Shown here: piece by piece, positions 25,811-38,081 of the stretch
Layout of the letters: the number at the start of each line of letters is the position of its first letter
Position numbering within the stretch: position 1 is the first letter of the stretch
Assembly (NCBI GenBank): GCA_951406725.2
Contig: OX597818.1
Location: 123,628,001-123,692,000, forward strand
Direction of reading: 5' to 3'
Length of the DNA: 64,000 bases
Source of the DNA: Octopus vulgaris
Taxonomy: Eukaryota
Program-made: the position numbers and the translations under genes
Notes under the pieces: model-generated
Seen by the model: the letters and a program-made list of their open reading frames with translations, nothing else
Told to the model about the DNA's origin: nothing
Database searches by the model: none

Positions 25811-25875
25811 CAGTCATAATCAATCTACGAACTTTTCAGCCCACCCTTGTGTGTGTGTGTGTTTGTGTGTATGTT

Positions 25876-27153
25876 CAGGGGTTGGACAAAATAATGGAGA
25901 CACCTAGTATCATAGCATCATAATTCTGAAATATCTATAAAATCGTCAAAAGCTTGTTCATTTTTATGTTTCTTTTTTTATTATTATTGTTCCTTTATAT
26001 GTTTTGCTAAACTTGTAGTTTCTTTTCAGATATCATCAGAAAAGGTAATTAAAATTCATTAAAATGACAGATCTATCGGACTTTCAAAGAGGTCAAACTG
26101 TTGGTGCTTGTATAGCAGGCGTTAGAGTAACTAAAACAGCCGAAATGTTTGGTGTATTAAGAAGTACTGTCTCGAAAGTAATGACAAACTTTGAGAAAGA
26201 GGGGAAAATCTCCTCGTCGAAACAAAACCAGAACTTTCAGATAAGGACCGTTGGACTCTTACGCGAATTGTTAGAAACGATGACGAAAGTACAGCCCCCA
26301 AACTTGCTGCAGAGCTTAATGACCACCTCGAGAACCCAGTTTTCTCAAAACCTGTACGCCGAGAGGTGCACAAAGCCGGATTTCGCGGGAGGGCTGCAAT
26401 CAGAAAAACACTACTTTCAAAAACAAGCATTGCAAAGCGTTTAGAGTTGAGTAAAAACCTACAGAATTAACTCCTAGAGCAGTGGAGGAATGTTATTCTC
26501 TCGGATGAGTCATCCTTTACCTTATTTCCGACCACCTTATTTCCTTATTTCCGACCACCGGCCGATTATACGTGTGGAGACAACGAAAAGAAGCATTTGA
26601 CCCAGACTGCCTTCTTGCAAGTGTTAAACATGGAGGAGGATCTGTGATGATCTGGGGGGCTATATCTTGAAAATCCGCCAGCCCAATGGTTTCCCTTCAT
26701 GGCAGAAATAATAGTCAAGACTATATAAGCATTTTATCTGATCAAATTCATCCTTTTGTGGCGGAACTGTTTCCGGAAGAAATCACAATCTTTCAGGACG
26801 ATAATGCACCAGTTCACACAGCTAAAGTTGTTACTGAATGGCACGAGGAATATTCTAGTGAAGTTGAACATCTTATCTGGCCACTGCAGTCCCCAGATCT
26901 CAATATCATTGAACATTTATGGTGCATTTTAAAAAAAAAGTAAGGTGTCGATATCCTCCACCATCATCACTACAAGAACTGGAGACTGTTTTAGCTGAAG
27001 AATGAACAAAAACCCCTTTTAAAACAATTCAAACTTTGTACGAATCCATACCTCGTAGAATTCAAGGTGTAATTACTGCCAAAGGCGGTCTTACATATCA
27101 AAATAAGTTTGTGTGGAATTTTAAGCTGTTTCCATTCATTTGTCCAACCCTTG
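25876..27153 (+). mobile_element. Tc1-family (DD34E) DNA transposon, full length, transposase disrupted
   Basis: TIRs CAGGGGTTGGACAAAATAATGGA / TCCATTCATTTGTCCAACCCTTG followed by TA. Protein MTDLSDFQRGQ.., ILSDES, FQDDNAPVH, SPDLNIIEHLW, with stops and frameshifts. Confidence 0.93.
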
Positions 27154-27264
27154 TATATGTGTGTGTGTGTGTGCGCGCGCGCGCGTATAGATAGATATAG
27201 CTATTATATACTTACACACTCACATATATAAATACAACGGGGTTCTTTCTGTTTCCGTCTACCA

Positions 27265-27922
27265 GCTGAGAATATTCACTAACGTATCCCTCTTTCCCTG
27301 AAGATGGCATATCCTCGATGCTCTGCTGGGTCAAGGGCAACACTTATCCTGGATAAAGAAATGCTCGAGGAAAGCAACTGAATCTGCTTCAAATAATGAA
27401 AGAATTTCCCGTCAGAAGACGTGATACCCACCGAGCAGAAACCTTTCTCATACCATATTCACTGTGCAAAATATTCTCAACTTGGTTATTTGTGTTATAG
27501 TCAATCATCTGACATCCATTACTAAGTGGTGAACGCGATGAATGTTTACCATGGAAGTGGCAGTTGCAGGGCCTCCAGACCATGGGTCATTTTCAAGACT
27601 CTCCCTTCCTCTTCTAAATGTTGCTGTCCCCTTTTGCACAGTCGATTAAGCTGGGGCGTCATCCTCTAATGTAAGAAGCATGTAAGCACGAATTTCGTTG
27701 GGAGCTAAGCCATTTTTCTACAGGCACTTGTAGAAAAATTCTGTCTACTTTTCAAGAAAAGTCATTAGTTATTGTTAAGTCTTCTTTGAACAGTCAGATG
27801 CCAGTTTACCTGGAAACTTCGCAGTTATTAATAAGAACTGTTAAAGTTAATGCATACAAAATTGTACAACTCTAGCACCACTCCTTCATAATAAATCTAC
27901 AAACTTTCTAGTCGATTCTTGT
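27265..27922 (-). mobile_element. mariner-family transposon fragment
   Basis: ILHSEYGMRKVSARWVSRLLT; the 5' end resembles the 59483 element. Confidence 0.8.
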
Positions 27923-28090
27923 GTGTGTATATATATATATGGGGGGGGGGGGGTGCGCGTGCGCGCGTGTGTGTAGATTGATTGATAGATATAGATATAG
28001 ATACTATATATATATTGCAGAGTGGAAGGTGTTTATAAGTCATTTAAAAACACACAAAAAACGTTAGATTCACTTCAACATCTAAATTTA

Positions 28091-28140
28091 ATTTGCCAAA
28101 ATATTTTCGTCGCTTTGAGACCATGACAGGTCCACTGACG
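28091..28140 (-). ncRNA. Degenerate minimal hammerhead-like motif in a TA-flanked cassette
   Basis: Minus strand: CGTCA-GTGGACC-T-GTCATGGTCTCAAAGCGAC-GAAA-ATAT-TT-TGGC; core positions 6 and 9 mutated. Confidence 0.3.
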
Positions 28141-28149
28141 GAATTTTGT

Positions 28150-28184
<35 letters not shown>

Positions 28185-29325
28185 ACAACGGGGTTCTTTC
28201 TGTTTCCGTCTACGAACTCCACGCATAGGCCAGGGCCTATAGTAGAAAACTTTTGCTCAAGTTGCCACGTCTGCGCTACTAATACAAGTGCGTGTGTGTA
28301 TGTGTGTGCGCGCACGCGTGTATGATATAAATTTCTGTTGATTCACAGAGAAGCTATATATTACAGAACTCAACTCGTAAATGGAAAATATTCTTTAATA
28401 TATTATACCTGAAAATGCTTGTCTGAGTTTCACTTATAACTGTAAAAACTCAGTATTCTGAGCTTCACGTTTCCGAGTTATCAGCTGATAATCCTAGTTA
28501 TCATCCAGTTTTCTCTTGAATTAACTGTTGTTTAAATATATTTTTAAATAGTATGCAAAAGTTATTAAGAAAATTACTGTTTTTTTTAATATTATTTGCT
28601 TCAAAAAATTGTGCGAGTGATACCTGTTTTTAAGCGGCTGTTTCAAGCTCACTGGGGTGGGGATATTCGAAACCTCTTAAATCTCAAACAAAGGAGGTCA
28701 CTCTAACAACTATGCTTTGTTGAAACAAAATCAATGAAAATTTTTTCTTTGCAACTCAGCCATTTCAAAAATTACATAATTAACACGTGTAAACAATGAT
28801 TATATCACAGTAAGAAAAAGAATAATAAGATTGAGACACAAGTTAAGATTTTCACTTATTTTTTTACTTTGGTGATGACTTTGGCACAGCAAAGCAGCGC
28901 ATCAGCTTCTATGCTTATCTGCACCATTCGACACACTTTAATTCGTTGTGGGGCTTGCATTAAATTTTATTCTCTCCTTCCGAAGCTGTATCAACACCAT
29001 ATTATTGATATAACAGATTATTTACACTTCCGGTTTTTGCAAATGACCCTGAGGCTTATGCAACAGCAGCATAAGTTCTTAAAATGAGTAAGTTATATAT
29101 ACATACAAATATATATATATGATACTTTAAATGAAATTAAAAGTTCTCGGTAAGTTGAGCGCAATACATAACAGGGTTTTAATGCCCAGTTATAAGCAGA
29201 ATTCGTTTGCTTGCTTCGCTCATACTCTCTTGGAAGTAAGGAGCTCATATTTTCTCGAAGGACACTGTACTTGATTACCACCCAGTAAAAATTCTTAGAT
29301 TTCTTACTTAAGAAAGAAATCTTTA

Positions 29326-31845
29326 TCATACGAGTGTTTCGATATGGGTGTTTGAAAAGTCGTCGCTGTTTATCGAACCTAAACCTGTATCGGATGTAGA
29401 ATCAGTGTCGTCTGATTTATCCAATTTCAGTATTGGACTGTTTGCAGCAGCCATGATACTGCTGTTTTTAATGGCTCCCTTCAGACCGTTTGTTGTCATC
29501 TGCAACTTGTTTTTCTGCTTAGATTGCTCTAAAGTGACCAATTGCTGTTGTAGGTGGTGTTGTGGTGATAGTTTTGATCGTGGTGATAGTTTTGGTCGTG
29601 GCAACGGTGGTTTTTCTTGCAGTTTTTGTGGTTGTAGTTGTAGTTGAGATGGTTGTGGTCGGGGTGATGGTGGTTTTTGTTGTAATTGTTGTTGTTGTTG
29701 TGACGTTTGTGGTGTTGGTAGTGGAGACGGTGGTTTTTGTTGCAGTTGTTGTTGTTTTTGTTGCTGTTGTTGTCGATATTGTTGCTGTTGCTGCAGCTGC
29801 TGATGTTGTTGTTGCTGCTGCTGTTGCGGATGAGGATGTTGCTTTTGTTGATGGTGTTGATGCTGTTTCAGTAAGGGAGATGGTGGCGTAGATGTTAATG
29901 ATGGTGGTGACGGTGATGGCAGTGGTGACTGCCTTTGTGAATATGTAATGTGTGTATTTTCTTGCTGCTTTTGCTGTTGTTGCTGCTGCAGCTGCTGTTG
30001 TTGCTGCTGCAGCTGCTGTTGTTGCTGCTGCAGCTGCTGCTGCTGTTGCTGTTGTTGTTGCTGTTGTTGTGTGATAAGTTTATTTATATCCGTTTCTTCA
30101 TCACTAAACTTCTTGCTACAAACATTCTTTATTTGTTGATAAACATTCTCTTTCGGTAACCTTGTCCAATCACGCATACTTTTTGTTCGTACAAATTGGG
30201 ATTTCGGAGCTCCTCCAGCAATACCGACCTTGGGATTATTTAAGTTCTTTATATTTGAGTCTTTTAACACAGAATCAGAACTTGAATCATGGGTACTGGA
30301 ACTTTCAATATTAACACCACATTCCCGATTATTAGCAATATTTTTAAAATCTATTTTATTAACGTCCTTCAAATTGTTATTAGTAGTCGGTATCAATTTT
30401 TTATTAGATGTTGGTATAATTTTTGAAATTTTAGGTAATTCGGATGTGTTTTGTGTATTAACACCAGAAATTATAAAACCGTCATCATCTATTTGTTGAG
30501 AAAAATTGTTTTCGTTAGAATAGATACTATCAATCCGATGTTTTAGCTCCTCATTCGTAATACATTTGGACATTTCACAGTTTTGGTTATTAACTGAACC
30601 CAATTCAGTTGCTAACGCTTCTTTTTCAAGACTATGAATCAAATCTGATTTCTCATTTTGTAATTTATTATACCTTTGTAATTCCTGGTTCAGTTGATCC
30701 ATAGTTATATTCTGGATTACGCTTACAGTCATTACTCGGTTAAACTGAATCCTAAGAGCCTCTAATTCCGATTTTTCACCTTCATCAAGTCCCTCTATAG
30801 AAGACAAACTGTCAGGAATTACCCCAACATTTTCACCATCGTGTGATAATAAATGACATTCGCTTCCATTCGGAGAAGTTTCAAAAATATTATTAAAAGA
30901 TATTTTATCTTGTTTCGCTTTTTCTGTAATCCCCGTTTCTGAAGATGACGAATCAAATTCTTTTCTGTTTAAATCTGAGAGAACCACGTTCACATGGCCA
31001 CTGTGCTTTTTTATGAGTGATGATAGTTGGTCTTTCGTGTCTTCTTCTGCTGCTAGTAATTCACAAACTGCAATCAATCTGTCACGCAACTCAACATAAT
31101 CTTCTAGCAAGTGTAAATTAGCTTTAGACACAAAATCGTCCAAAGAATCCTCACTGGTACTGGTACTGTCTAGAAGCAAAGATCTTTGAACATAGTTGAC
31201 GCCTTTCTTTTGCATGCGTTGGAAATGGATTTTATCTTCGTATTTTTCTATTAACAATTCCGTTTCTTCGATACGATTAGCTAATGATTTGATTTTCTTC
31301 TCCTGATTCATGACAAGTTTAATGATTTTATGCAGGCGTCGCAGTTTATTGTGGTCCAGCGTGTTACTGCTCATAAAATCACACCGAAGCTCGTCGTTAA
31401 AATAACTATTATGGCTGTCGTCACTGTCAAACCTTTGTTTGTAAGAGCAACAGCTTGCATGTGTTTCTCCATTGCACAGACTTCTATCGAAATTATGTTC
31501 GTAGCGCCTTTGATGGCGCCATCTACGATACCGACGCTTCGTTGCTGAATATTCACTTGATTGAGCAATGTCGTCCAGTTCACGCATTATAAACTTTACG
31601 TTGCTTCGATCAGCGGCCCTGTTCTTCCAAACACGGAGAATTTTTGTACGTCCTTGCAAGTATTTCTCCGTGCCTTTCCAGCATTCGTAAATAGCGAATG
31701 AATCAGTGTTTTCTGTTTCGTGAAGATTTTCATGGAGTAGCAAAGCGTAAATAATGTCATCACAAGTAGTTCTTTTAGAAATCCCTGACAACCATTTTTC
31801 GGTTCCATTCACCCATACAGGAATCTCGAATTTCTTGTCACACAT
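29326..31845 (-). CDS. RASSF10: Ras association domain-containing protein, RASSF9/RASSF10-like (N-terminal RASSF), 839 aa, single coding exon
   Basis: N-terminal RA domain EIPVWVNGTEKWLSGISKRTTCDDIIYALL...TKILRVWK; coiled coil with KKGVNYVQ; C-terminal SDTGLGSINSDD and ETLV, typical of RASSF9/10. Only long complex ORF in the window. RASSF9 versus RASSF10 cannot be resolved (likely pre-duplication co-orthologue). Confidence 0.9.
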   Translation of the reverse strand: MCDKKFEIPVWVNGTEKWLSGISKRTTCDDIIYALLLHENLHETENTDSFAIYECWKGTEKYLQGRTKILRVWKNRAADRSNVKFIMRELDDIAQSSEYSATKRRYRRWRHQRRYEHNFDRSLCNGETHASCCSYKQRFDSDDSHNSYFNDELRCDFMSSNTLDHNKLRRLHKIIKLVMNQEKKIKSLANRIEETELLIEKYEDKIHFQRMQKKGVNYVQRSLLLDSTSTSEDSLDDFVSKANLHLLEDYVELRDRLIAVCELLAAEEDTKDQLSSLIKKHSGHVNVVLSDLNRKEFDSSSSETGITEKAKQDKISFNNIFETSPNGSECHLLSHDGENVGVIPDSLSSIEGLDEGEKSELEALRIQFNRVMTVSVIQNITMDQLNQELQRYNKLQNEKSDLIHSLEKEALATELGSVNNQNCEMSKCITNEELKHRIDSIYSNENNFSQQIDDDGFIISGVNTQNTSELPKISKIIPTSNKKLIPTTNNNLKDVNKIDFKNIANNRECGVNIESSSTHDSSSDSVLKDSNIKNLNNPKVGIAGGAPKSQFVRTKSMRDWTRLPKENVYQQIKNVCSKKFSDEETDINKLITQQQQQQQQQQQQLQQQQQQLQQQQQQLQQQQQQKQQENTHITYSQRQSPLPSPSPPSLTSTPPSPLLKQHQHHQQKQHPHPQQQQQQQHQQLQQQQQYRQQQQQKQQQLQQKPPSPLPTPQTSQQQQQLQQKPPSPRPQPSQLQLQPQKLQEKPPLPRPKLSPRSKLSPQHHLQQQLVTLEQSKQKNKLQMTTNGLKGAIKNSSIMAAANSPILKLDKSDDTDSTSDTGLGSINSDDFSNTHIETLV
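29530..30075 (-). repeat. Coding CAG/CAA polyQ and Pro/Gln-rich repeats inside the RASSF ORF
   Basis: QQQQ..LQQQQQQ units and repeated QQKPPSP/EKPPLP motifs, frame preserved. Confidence 0.95.
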
Positions 31846-31855
31846 TTTTTTTTTC

Positions 31856-31880
31856 CTGAAATATACAACAAAGCAGAACT
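31856..31880 (-). other. Splice acceptor 10 nt upstream of the RASSF ATG
   Basis: Minus strand ttctgctttgttgtatatttcAG|GAAAAAAAAAATG. Confidence 0.7.
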
Positions 31881-32269
31881 AAATTAAATACAATTGTTGA
31901 GAAAACATGAAAATATAGTCTGAATAAGGAAATAATAACCAAGTTTGTGTTAGCATATTTCATTCTAGGAGAATGCAAAAACGGCGAAGAAAGATAATAT
32001 CAGTCAATGACTAACGTTTATTTTATGTTTTTACAAATATGGGAGACAATTTCCAAAATTTTTTGGTTTATTTTTATGTCATCAGCAAAGCCAAGATTTC
32101 ACCATTCTTGCTGAAATTTGCTATAAGTATATCATTAAATGTACAATACTGTACACAAATTTGGGTAAAAAACAGAATTTTTTACAAAATCAATTACTCC
32201 GAGGCACTATCGGCATGAAAAAGAATAGTTAACACTTAGCTATCATTTTAATGTTCACTTAAGTATATC

Positions 32270-34140
32270 AAACAGCTGGTCGGCTTTGGCTGGTAAAACT
32301 GAAACTAACGCGACACTGTTGGGAGGCAGGTTTAGAGAGGGCACGGGTTAAAACTACGCGCCCTTCCCCTCCATTGGTCTGTTGAAGCTTAGATAGTGTC
32401 ATGTGACAGTTAGCTGGTACTGGCTGCTAGAGCCTACCGGCGAGTATTTAAAGGGAAATTTGGCAGGATGGTCAGTCGCCCGCTGACATTCGTGGACGAT
32501 GCATCGAAGAAACCAAAGAACAGAAGAAAAAAAGGAGAAAGAAGAAACGCACTCCAAACCAGGGCTGAAGACACCTCCGAAGGGGTCCCCGCCACGTCGA
32601 AAACGGCAGAGGAGTAGGGACCGAAACCGGGCGTGGTTTCTCCTGAGGATGTCTTTAGCCACTGGGTCCTATAAAGGAACTGTTGAGGTAGCGAACCACG
32701 AAACGTGGTTGGAATTCCTCAGATACTGACTGCAGGGAACGACTTGCTGACAATCCAGAAAGCGGGATGACAAAGGGGAGAGACGCTTGACAGTACGACA
32801 GTGTAACGAAGGATCAAGTGGGCTTGCAGCCTGATCCGGTGTAAAGTCGCAACAAGTATGATGAACCATGCCCCCATGGTTCCGGAGCACGTGGGGTGAA
32901 TAAAGAATCAAGCAGGAACAGAAAAAAGAATGGACCCCGACCGGAAATGGACAACAAGAAAGGAAGCGGTAACGAAAAAGTAAATGAGGAATTCAGCTGC
33001 TGCGGAAAGGTGTTTTCTAATTACATCGGGCTGACAATTCACCAAGGGAAGGTGTGTCAGAAGAAAGTGATTCAACAGTGCAGGTTGAAAAACCAAAAGA
33101 CGTGTGGGCAGAATCTTCTGGAACGAAATCACAGTTGAATCGGAACAGCCAAGAAAAGAGATAGACGTGAAGAAGCCAAAGATTAAGTGGGCGACGGCAA
33201 ATGATGCAGCGAACTATAAAAAGTTCGACGACGAGGTAGCAAGAATGACCACCAAATTCAAAAGGGGCGACGAACAAAAGCTCGAGAACTTGGCTAATAT
33301 AATCTATCAGGGGGGAGAGAAAAGATTTGGACTTGAAATAGCAGGGAACGGAGAATCATTGGCAAAGGGCGGACCATCGAGGAGAGAAAGACGGATCGCA
33401 AAGATACGAGAAGAAATTACCCAGAACCAGATGGAGGGATACAAAGGAGGAGGAAAGAGAAGAGTTAAAACAGCTATATGAAGAGATAAAAAAAGAGGCA
33501 TCGGAAAAACTAAGAAAAGAAAGAAAGAACAGAAGAAAGGAGAGAGAAAAAAACTATTGTAGTTTTGTAAACAACCCATACTAATATGCGAAACATTTGC
33601 TTACTGAAAGTAAGAGCGGAAGATTGGATTGCGTTAAAGAGCATCTTAAAGAGACATACAGCGACGCTGATAGAAATAAAGTACTCCCAGAAATTCACGG
33701 GCTGATAAACCACCTGTACCAAGGGTACCATATTATTCGAGTGACATCAGACGGTAAGTATTGGCCGAAATTGTGTTTACAAGTGTTTGCACTGATAAGG
33801 GAAATATGGAAGGAGAAAGACGTAGCAAAGCGATGGTGTATAGCTGAAGAGAAGGACGCAAAAACACTGGGGCAATTCAGACACATTTCACTATTAAATA
33901 CCTATGGGTAAATCATGTTTGGAATTATTGCTAGACGAATCATAAGATTCGTACATGATTCGTGCAGTTAATGAAGCAATCCAAAAGGCAGGGATCCCTG
34001 GAATCCCTGGGTGCAGAGAACATGCATTTGCCATCTGGGTAGCAATCAACTGTGCAAAACAACTGAAGAAAAACATGTACATTGTATGGCTAGATCTTGC
34101 CAATGCATATGGATGTGTTCCACACGGACTAATCGATAAG
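32270..34140 (+). mobile_element. R2-Hero-like non-LTR retrotransposon, 5' region to RT, degraded and 3'-truncated
   Basis: Zn finger CCGKVFSNYIGLTIHQGKVC; KIKWATAND; IIYQGGEKRFG; QFRHISLLN; QKAGIPGIPGCREH; WLDLANAYGCVPH. Confidence 0.85.
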
Positions 34141-34655
34141 ATATGGACCAGCTGGATAGTGGGTTCGATGTGATCGACTTGTCCCCTCTCCGGAAATTGC
34201 TTGCCTTGTGCAAAAATTTGAGAAGAGTATAATTGACTGTGACTCACTCTAAAAACATACTTTGTGCTCGTCTTGGATATTTAATCATTACAAAAATTGT
34301 GCTGATTTATTATAGACACCCAGTTTTATTGCACTTCATTCGTTCAATGACAACACAAAGGAAGTTATTTCACACGGTGAGGTGTAGACACGAAAGATAT
34401 TTTATTTCATAGACGAGTATTAACGTTACAAATAGAATGAAACAAGGCTAGTTAGACAGATATAAGGTTAAAGGTGTATTGGATGACCGGATGACAAGCT
34501 AATATTTCAACTTCTGGTTTCTCTTTACGGTATTTAGAAAGATGAATGTAAATGTACTCCACTAACATGTCTAATTAAATGCAAATGACGTAATGATTCA
34601 AGATTTGCTTGTAACGCCGACCGACCATAAAAATCAGTAACATTTTATTTCATGT

Positions 34656-35190
34656 AAGGCGTCGAGCCTTTCATCCTTTCGGGGTCGATAAATTAAGTAC
34701 CTGTTGTGTACCGAGGTCGATCTAATCGATTGGCGCCCTCCCCCAAAATTCCGGGCCTTGTGCCTAGAGTAGAAAAGAATATTTTATTTCAAGAAGGCGG
34801 TGATCTGGCAGAATCGTTAGCGCGCTGGGCGAAATGTTTGGCGGTAGCTCGTCTGCCGTTACGTTGTGAGTTCAAATTCCGCCGAGGTCGACTTTGCCTT
34901 TCATCCTTTCGGGGTCGATTAAATAAGTACCAGTTACGCACTAGGGTCGATATAATCGACTTAATCCGTTTGTCTGTCCTTATTTGTCCTCTCTGTGTTT
35001 AGCCCCTTGTGGGTAGTAAAGAAATAGGTATTTCATCTGTCGTTACGTTCTGAGTTCAAATTCCGCCGAGGTCGACGTTGCCTTTCATTCCTGCCGGGAT
35101 CGATAAATTAAGTACCAGTTGCGTACTGGAGTCGATCTAATCGACTGGTCCCTTCCCCCAAAATTTCTGGCCTTGTGCATAGAAAAGAAT
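34656..35190 (+). mobile_element. SINE family A cluster (three units, two tail types)
   Basis: Three repeats of the cctttc..ggggtcgat..aagtacc core; attttatttca repeated at 34642, 34781 and 35191. Confidence 0.88.
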
Positions 35191-35699
35191 ATTTTATTTC
35201 AAGCCAGCAAGGAAATCCTCTATGTATGTGATAACTTCAACTAGAAAAAGCAACCAAACCTCATTCAAATCACACGTTGCTATCTTATATTGCTTTTTTC
35301 TTTTCTTTTTTCTTTTTTTTCTTTTTTTGCTAATATGACAGATTAGATAATATTGCCTTATAAACCCCTGAAAATGAGGAGATCATCATGGCTATAACGC
35401 CTTTGATAATATATCTACTCGATTAAAATTCAGCTGAAATTTAACAGTAGCGAAATGACAATAGGTATTTCGAACAAACGAAGGGGATTCTACGTGGTCG
35501 CTCGACCGAATTGCAATAGCAGTCAAATCTTCGACCTCACCGTACTCTAGGCACTTAAGTCAATCTTGTAAAGCAATATTGGTTAATAAAGATTATATGA
35601 ACTCTTCTTTAAGTATTTGGAGTTGTCTTCTTGTTTGCAGAATCAAACATTGATGCATGTGTATTATTATTATCAATGCTCTTATTTTCTCAGCTCATT

Positions 35700-35862
35700 T
35701 CAGCTTTCTTCTTCTTCATCATCATCATCATCATCTTATTATTATTATTAACATCATCATCATCATCATCATCATCATCATTATTATTATTATTATAATT
35801 ATTATTATTATTATTATTATCATTATTATTATTATTATTATTATCATTATTATTATTATTAT

Positions 35863-35920
<58 letters not shown>
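35700..35920. repeat. Compound trinucleotide microsatellite (CAT)(TAT)(TAG)
   Basis: Directly visible; abuts the 3' end of a Dong element. Confidence 0.95.
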
Positions 35921-35921
<1 letters not shown>

Positions 35922-36730
35922 TATGTTTGACTTTTGCTTTTGTATTTGTACAAGTTGGCTCCAAGTCTCACCCAACTTGGTTTTGTACATAGTATTGTTC
36001 TAGAGAATGATTAAGAAAACATAAGAAAATTATAAGTTTGTTTTAAAATTTGAGATTACATAGACAGTATTTTACGTAGGATGTGGGCAGTTCTCATTAG
36101 CACTATCTTTTGAACTTCTGCCATTTTGGGGTTTCCTGGTATCTGAGCTAGGTAGGAATCAGTTCCTTTTGCTATCATTCCTAGGGCAACCTATGACAAC
36201 AGGTATTGCTTTAGTCTTCAGGTTCCACATTTTGCCAGTTTCTATTTCAAGCTCTTTATGCTTGCTCAGTTTTTGGTAGGTCTTCACAGATACATTCATG
36301 TCGATTAGGATATTCATATCAATGAGGAGGCATGATTTTTGTCTGAAGTCTTTCAATATAATGCTTCGCCTATTCGCAACTATTTTTCTGTCAGTTTTGA
36401 CTGTGAAGTTCCAAAGTAGTGAGATGTGATCATTTTCAAACACTGGAGGTGGTTTGTGTTCCCACCATTTTTTATCAGTCCAGGTTTTTGCATATTACCT
36501 AGTGAATATATTGTGCTGCTCTATCATGCATGTAGGCGCAGGAAAACTGCACATGGAGACAACTTGATCAATGGTTTCGTTTTTTGTTGAGATACACGAC
36601 ATGTTGGGCTACTGCCGTTCTTTAAGATATTGACCTGGTAGTTTCTTGTAAGTAGGCATTGATCTTGGCCTGCTATGGTAAACCCTTCTGTCACTGATTT
36701 GAAGCCAGAAGACACTAACCATTGATGGGG
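35921..36730 (-). mobile_element. R4/Dong LINE 3' portion (Zn knuckle plus RLE)
   Basis: TEGFTIAGQDQCLLTRNYQ..PTCRV; LLWNFTVKTDRKI..CLLIDM..MWNLKTKAIPVVIG. Confidence 0.88.
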
Positions 36731-36734
36731 ATAA

Positions 36735-36915
36735 GGCCTGAAGTTTTGTGGAATAGTGAGGGTGGTTATCGATTACATCGACCTCAGTACTTAACTGGTA
36801 CTTGATAGGATGAAAGGCGAAGTCGACCTCGACAGAATTTGAACTAAAAACACAAGGACAGGGGAAATGCCGCTAAGCTTTTTGACTGCCATGCTAATGA
36901 TTTTGCCAGCACGCT
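36735..36915 (-). mobile_element. SINE family A, older copy
   Basis: gattacatcgacctcagt..ggatgaaaggcgaagtcgacctcg..gaatttgaac. Confidence 0.75.
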
Positions 36916-37039
36916 AACTGTGACAGTAATAATGGATTCTAATTTTGGCACAAGGATTACAATATGGAAAAGAACTGGTCGATTAAACCACACAACAACA
37001 ACAACAACAACAATGACAACGAAGACGACGACGATGATG

Positions 37040-37113
<74 letters not shown>

Positions 37114-37462
37114 GACACCAGCAGCAGCATCAACAATAATAATAAGTTGAAGTATAATACATGAAGAAAAAACATGGCGATATTTTAACGCTATGAAGGC
37201 GGGAAGATGCAACGTTGAGTTGTGTATTGCATTAATCGTTAGCATAAAATAGGCGTGTAAAGGAGTCAAGTGTCTGATCGTGCCTTTAGCAAAATTTTGC
37301 TGAAAATAAACCACTTTTCATGAAAGGATATATGTGTTATCTGATAATATTCATTTTATTTTTTTTTTATGAAAATGGATCTGTATAGACGGTATTTCAA
37401 TGTAACTGAACACATTTGTAAACCAAGATAGAAGTGCTTATTGAATTAACCTCCTGTACAAA

Positions 37463-37559
<97 letters not shown>

Positions 37560-38049
37560 GTGACATAGAAAATAACAGACGCGGATGGGGTGTGTAGGCG
37601 AGGTATGATTTACAGTGATAAAATGTACCTAGCAACCAAGGTATTTGAATGGTGTCAATTGGTGGTTTGAAGTAACGAAAGAATAAAGGCGGACACGTAT
37701 ATGCACATATTTTGCACACGCATTTCGGTTCAAGCACGTACGTACACACGTATATGTACGCACTGTTTTACATAAATACGCCCGCACATATATATAGGTA
37801 TGTGCATGTGTGTGTGTGTGTGTGCGTGTGTGTGTGTACAAAAGATTGAAGTGTGTCCATGCGTATTCAAATGCAAGTGCACAGGAATGTATGAATATAA
37901 ATTTATAAGCGATTACAAAAAAGCACTGAGAATAGAAATAGATACGTGTGTTTGGATATAAAGGGGAATATATTTTGAGTGCGTGGATGCATTCACATCA
38001 ATGGAATTAAAATGTCAGTATATACATTTATGTATTTTGATTTGTATGT

Positions 38050-38081
<32 letters not shown>

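Noticed and set aside
26064-27100. Active Tc1 transposase
   Set aside because: Frameshifts, in-frame stops and a local duplication at ~26520-26560
28966-28971. AATAAA on the minus strand as the RASSF poly(A) signal
   Set aside because: Plausible but expected by chance in AT-rich DNA; needs 3'-end data
29348-31808. Short ORFs overlapping the RASSF CDS (poly-C, poly-L, poly-V and others)
   Set aside because: Shadow frames of the CAG/CAA repeats and of the real CDS
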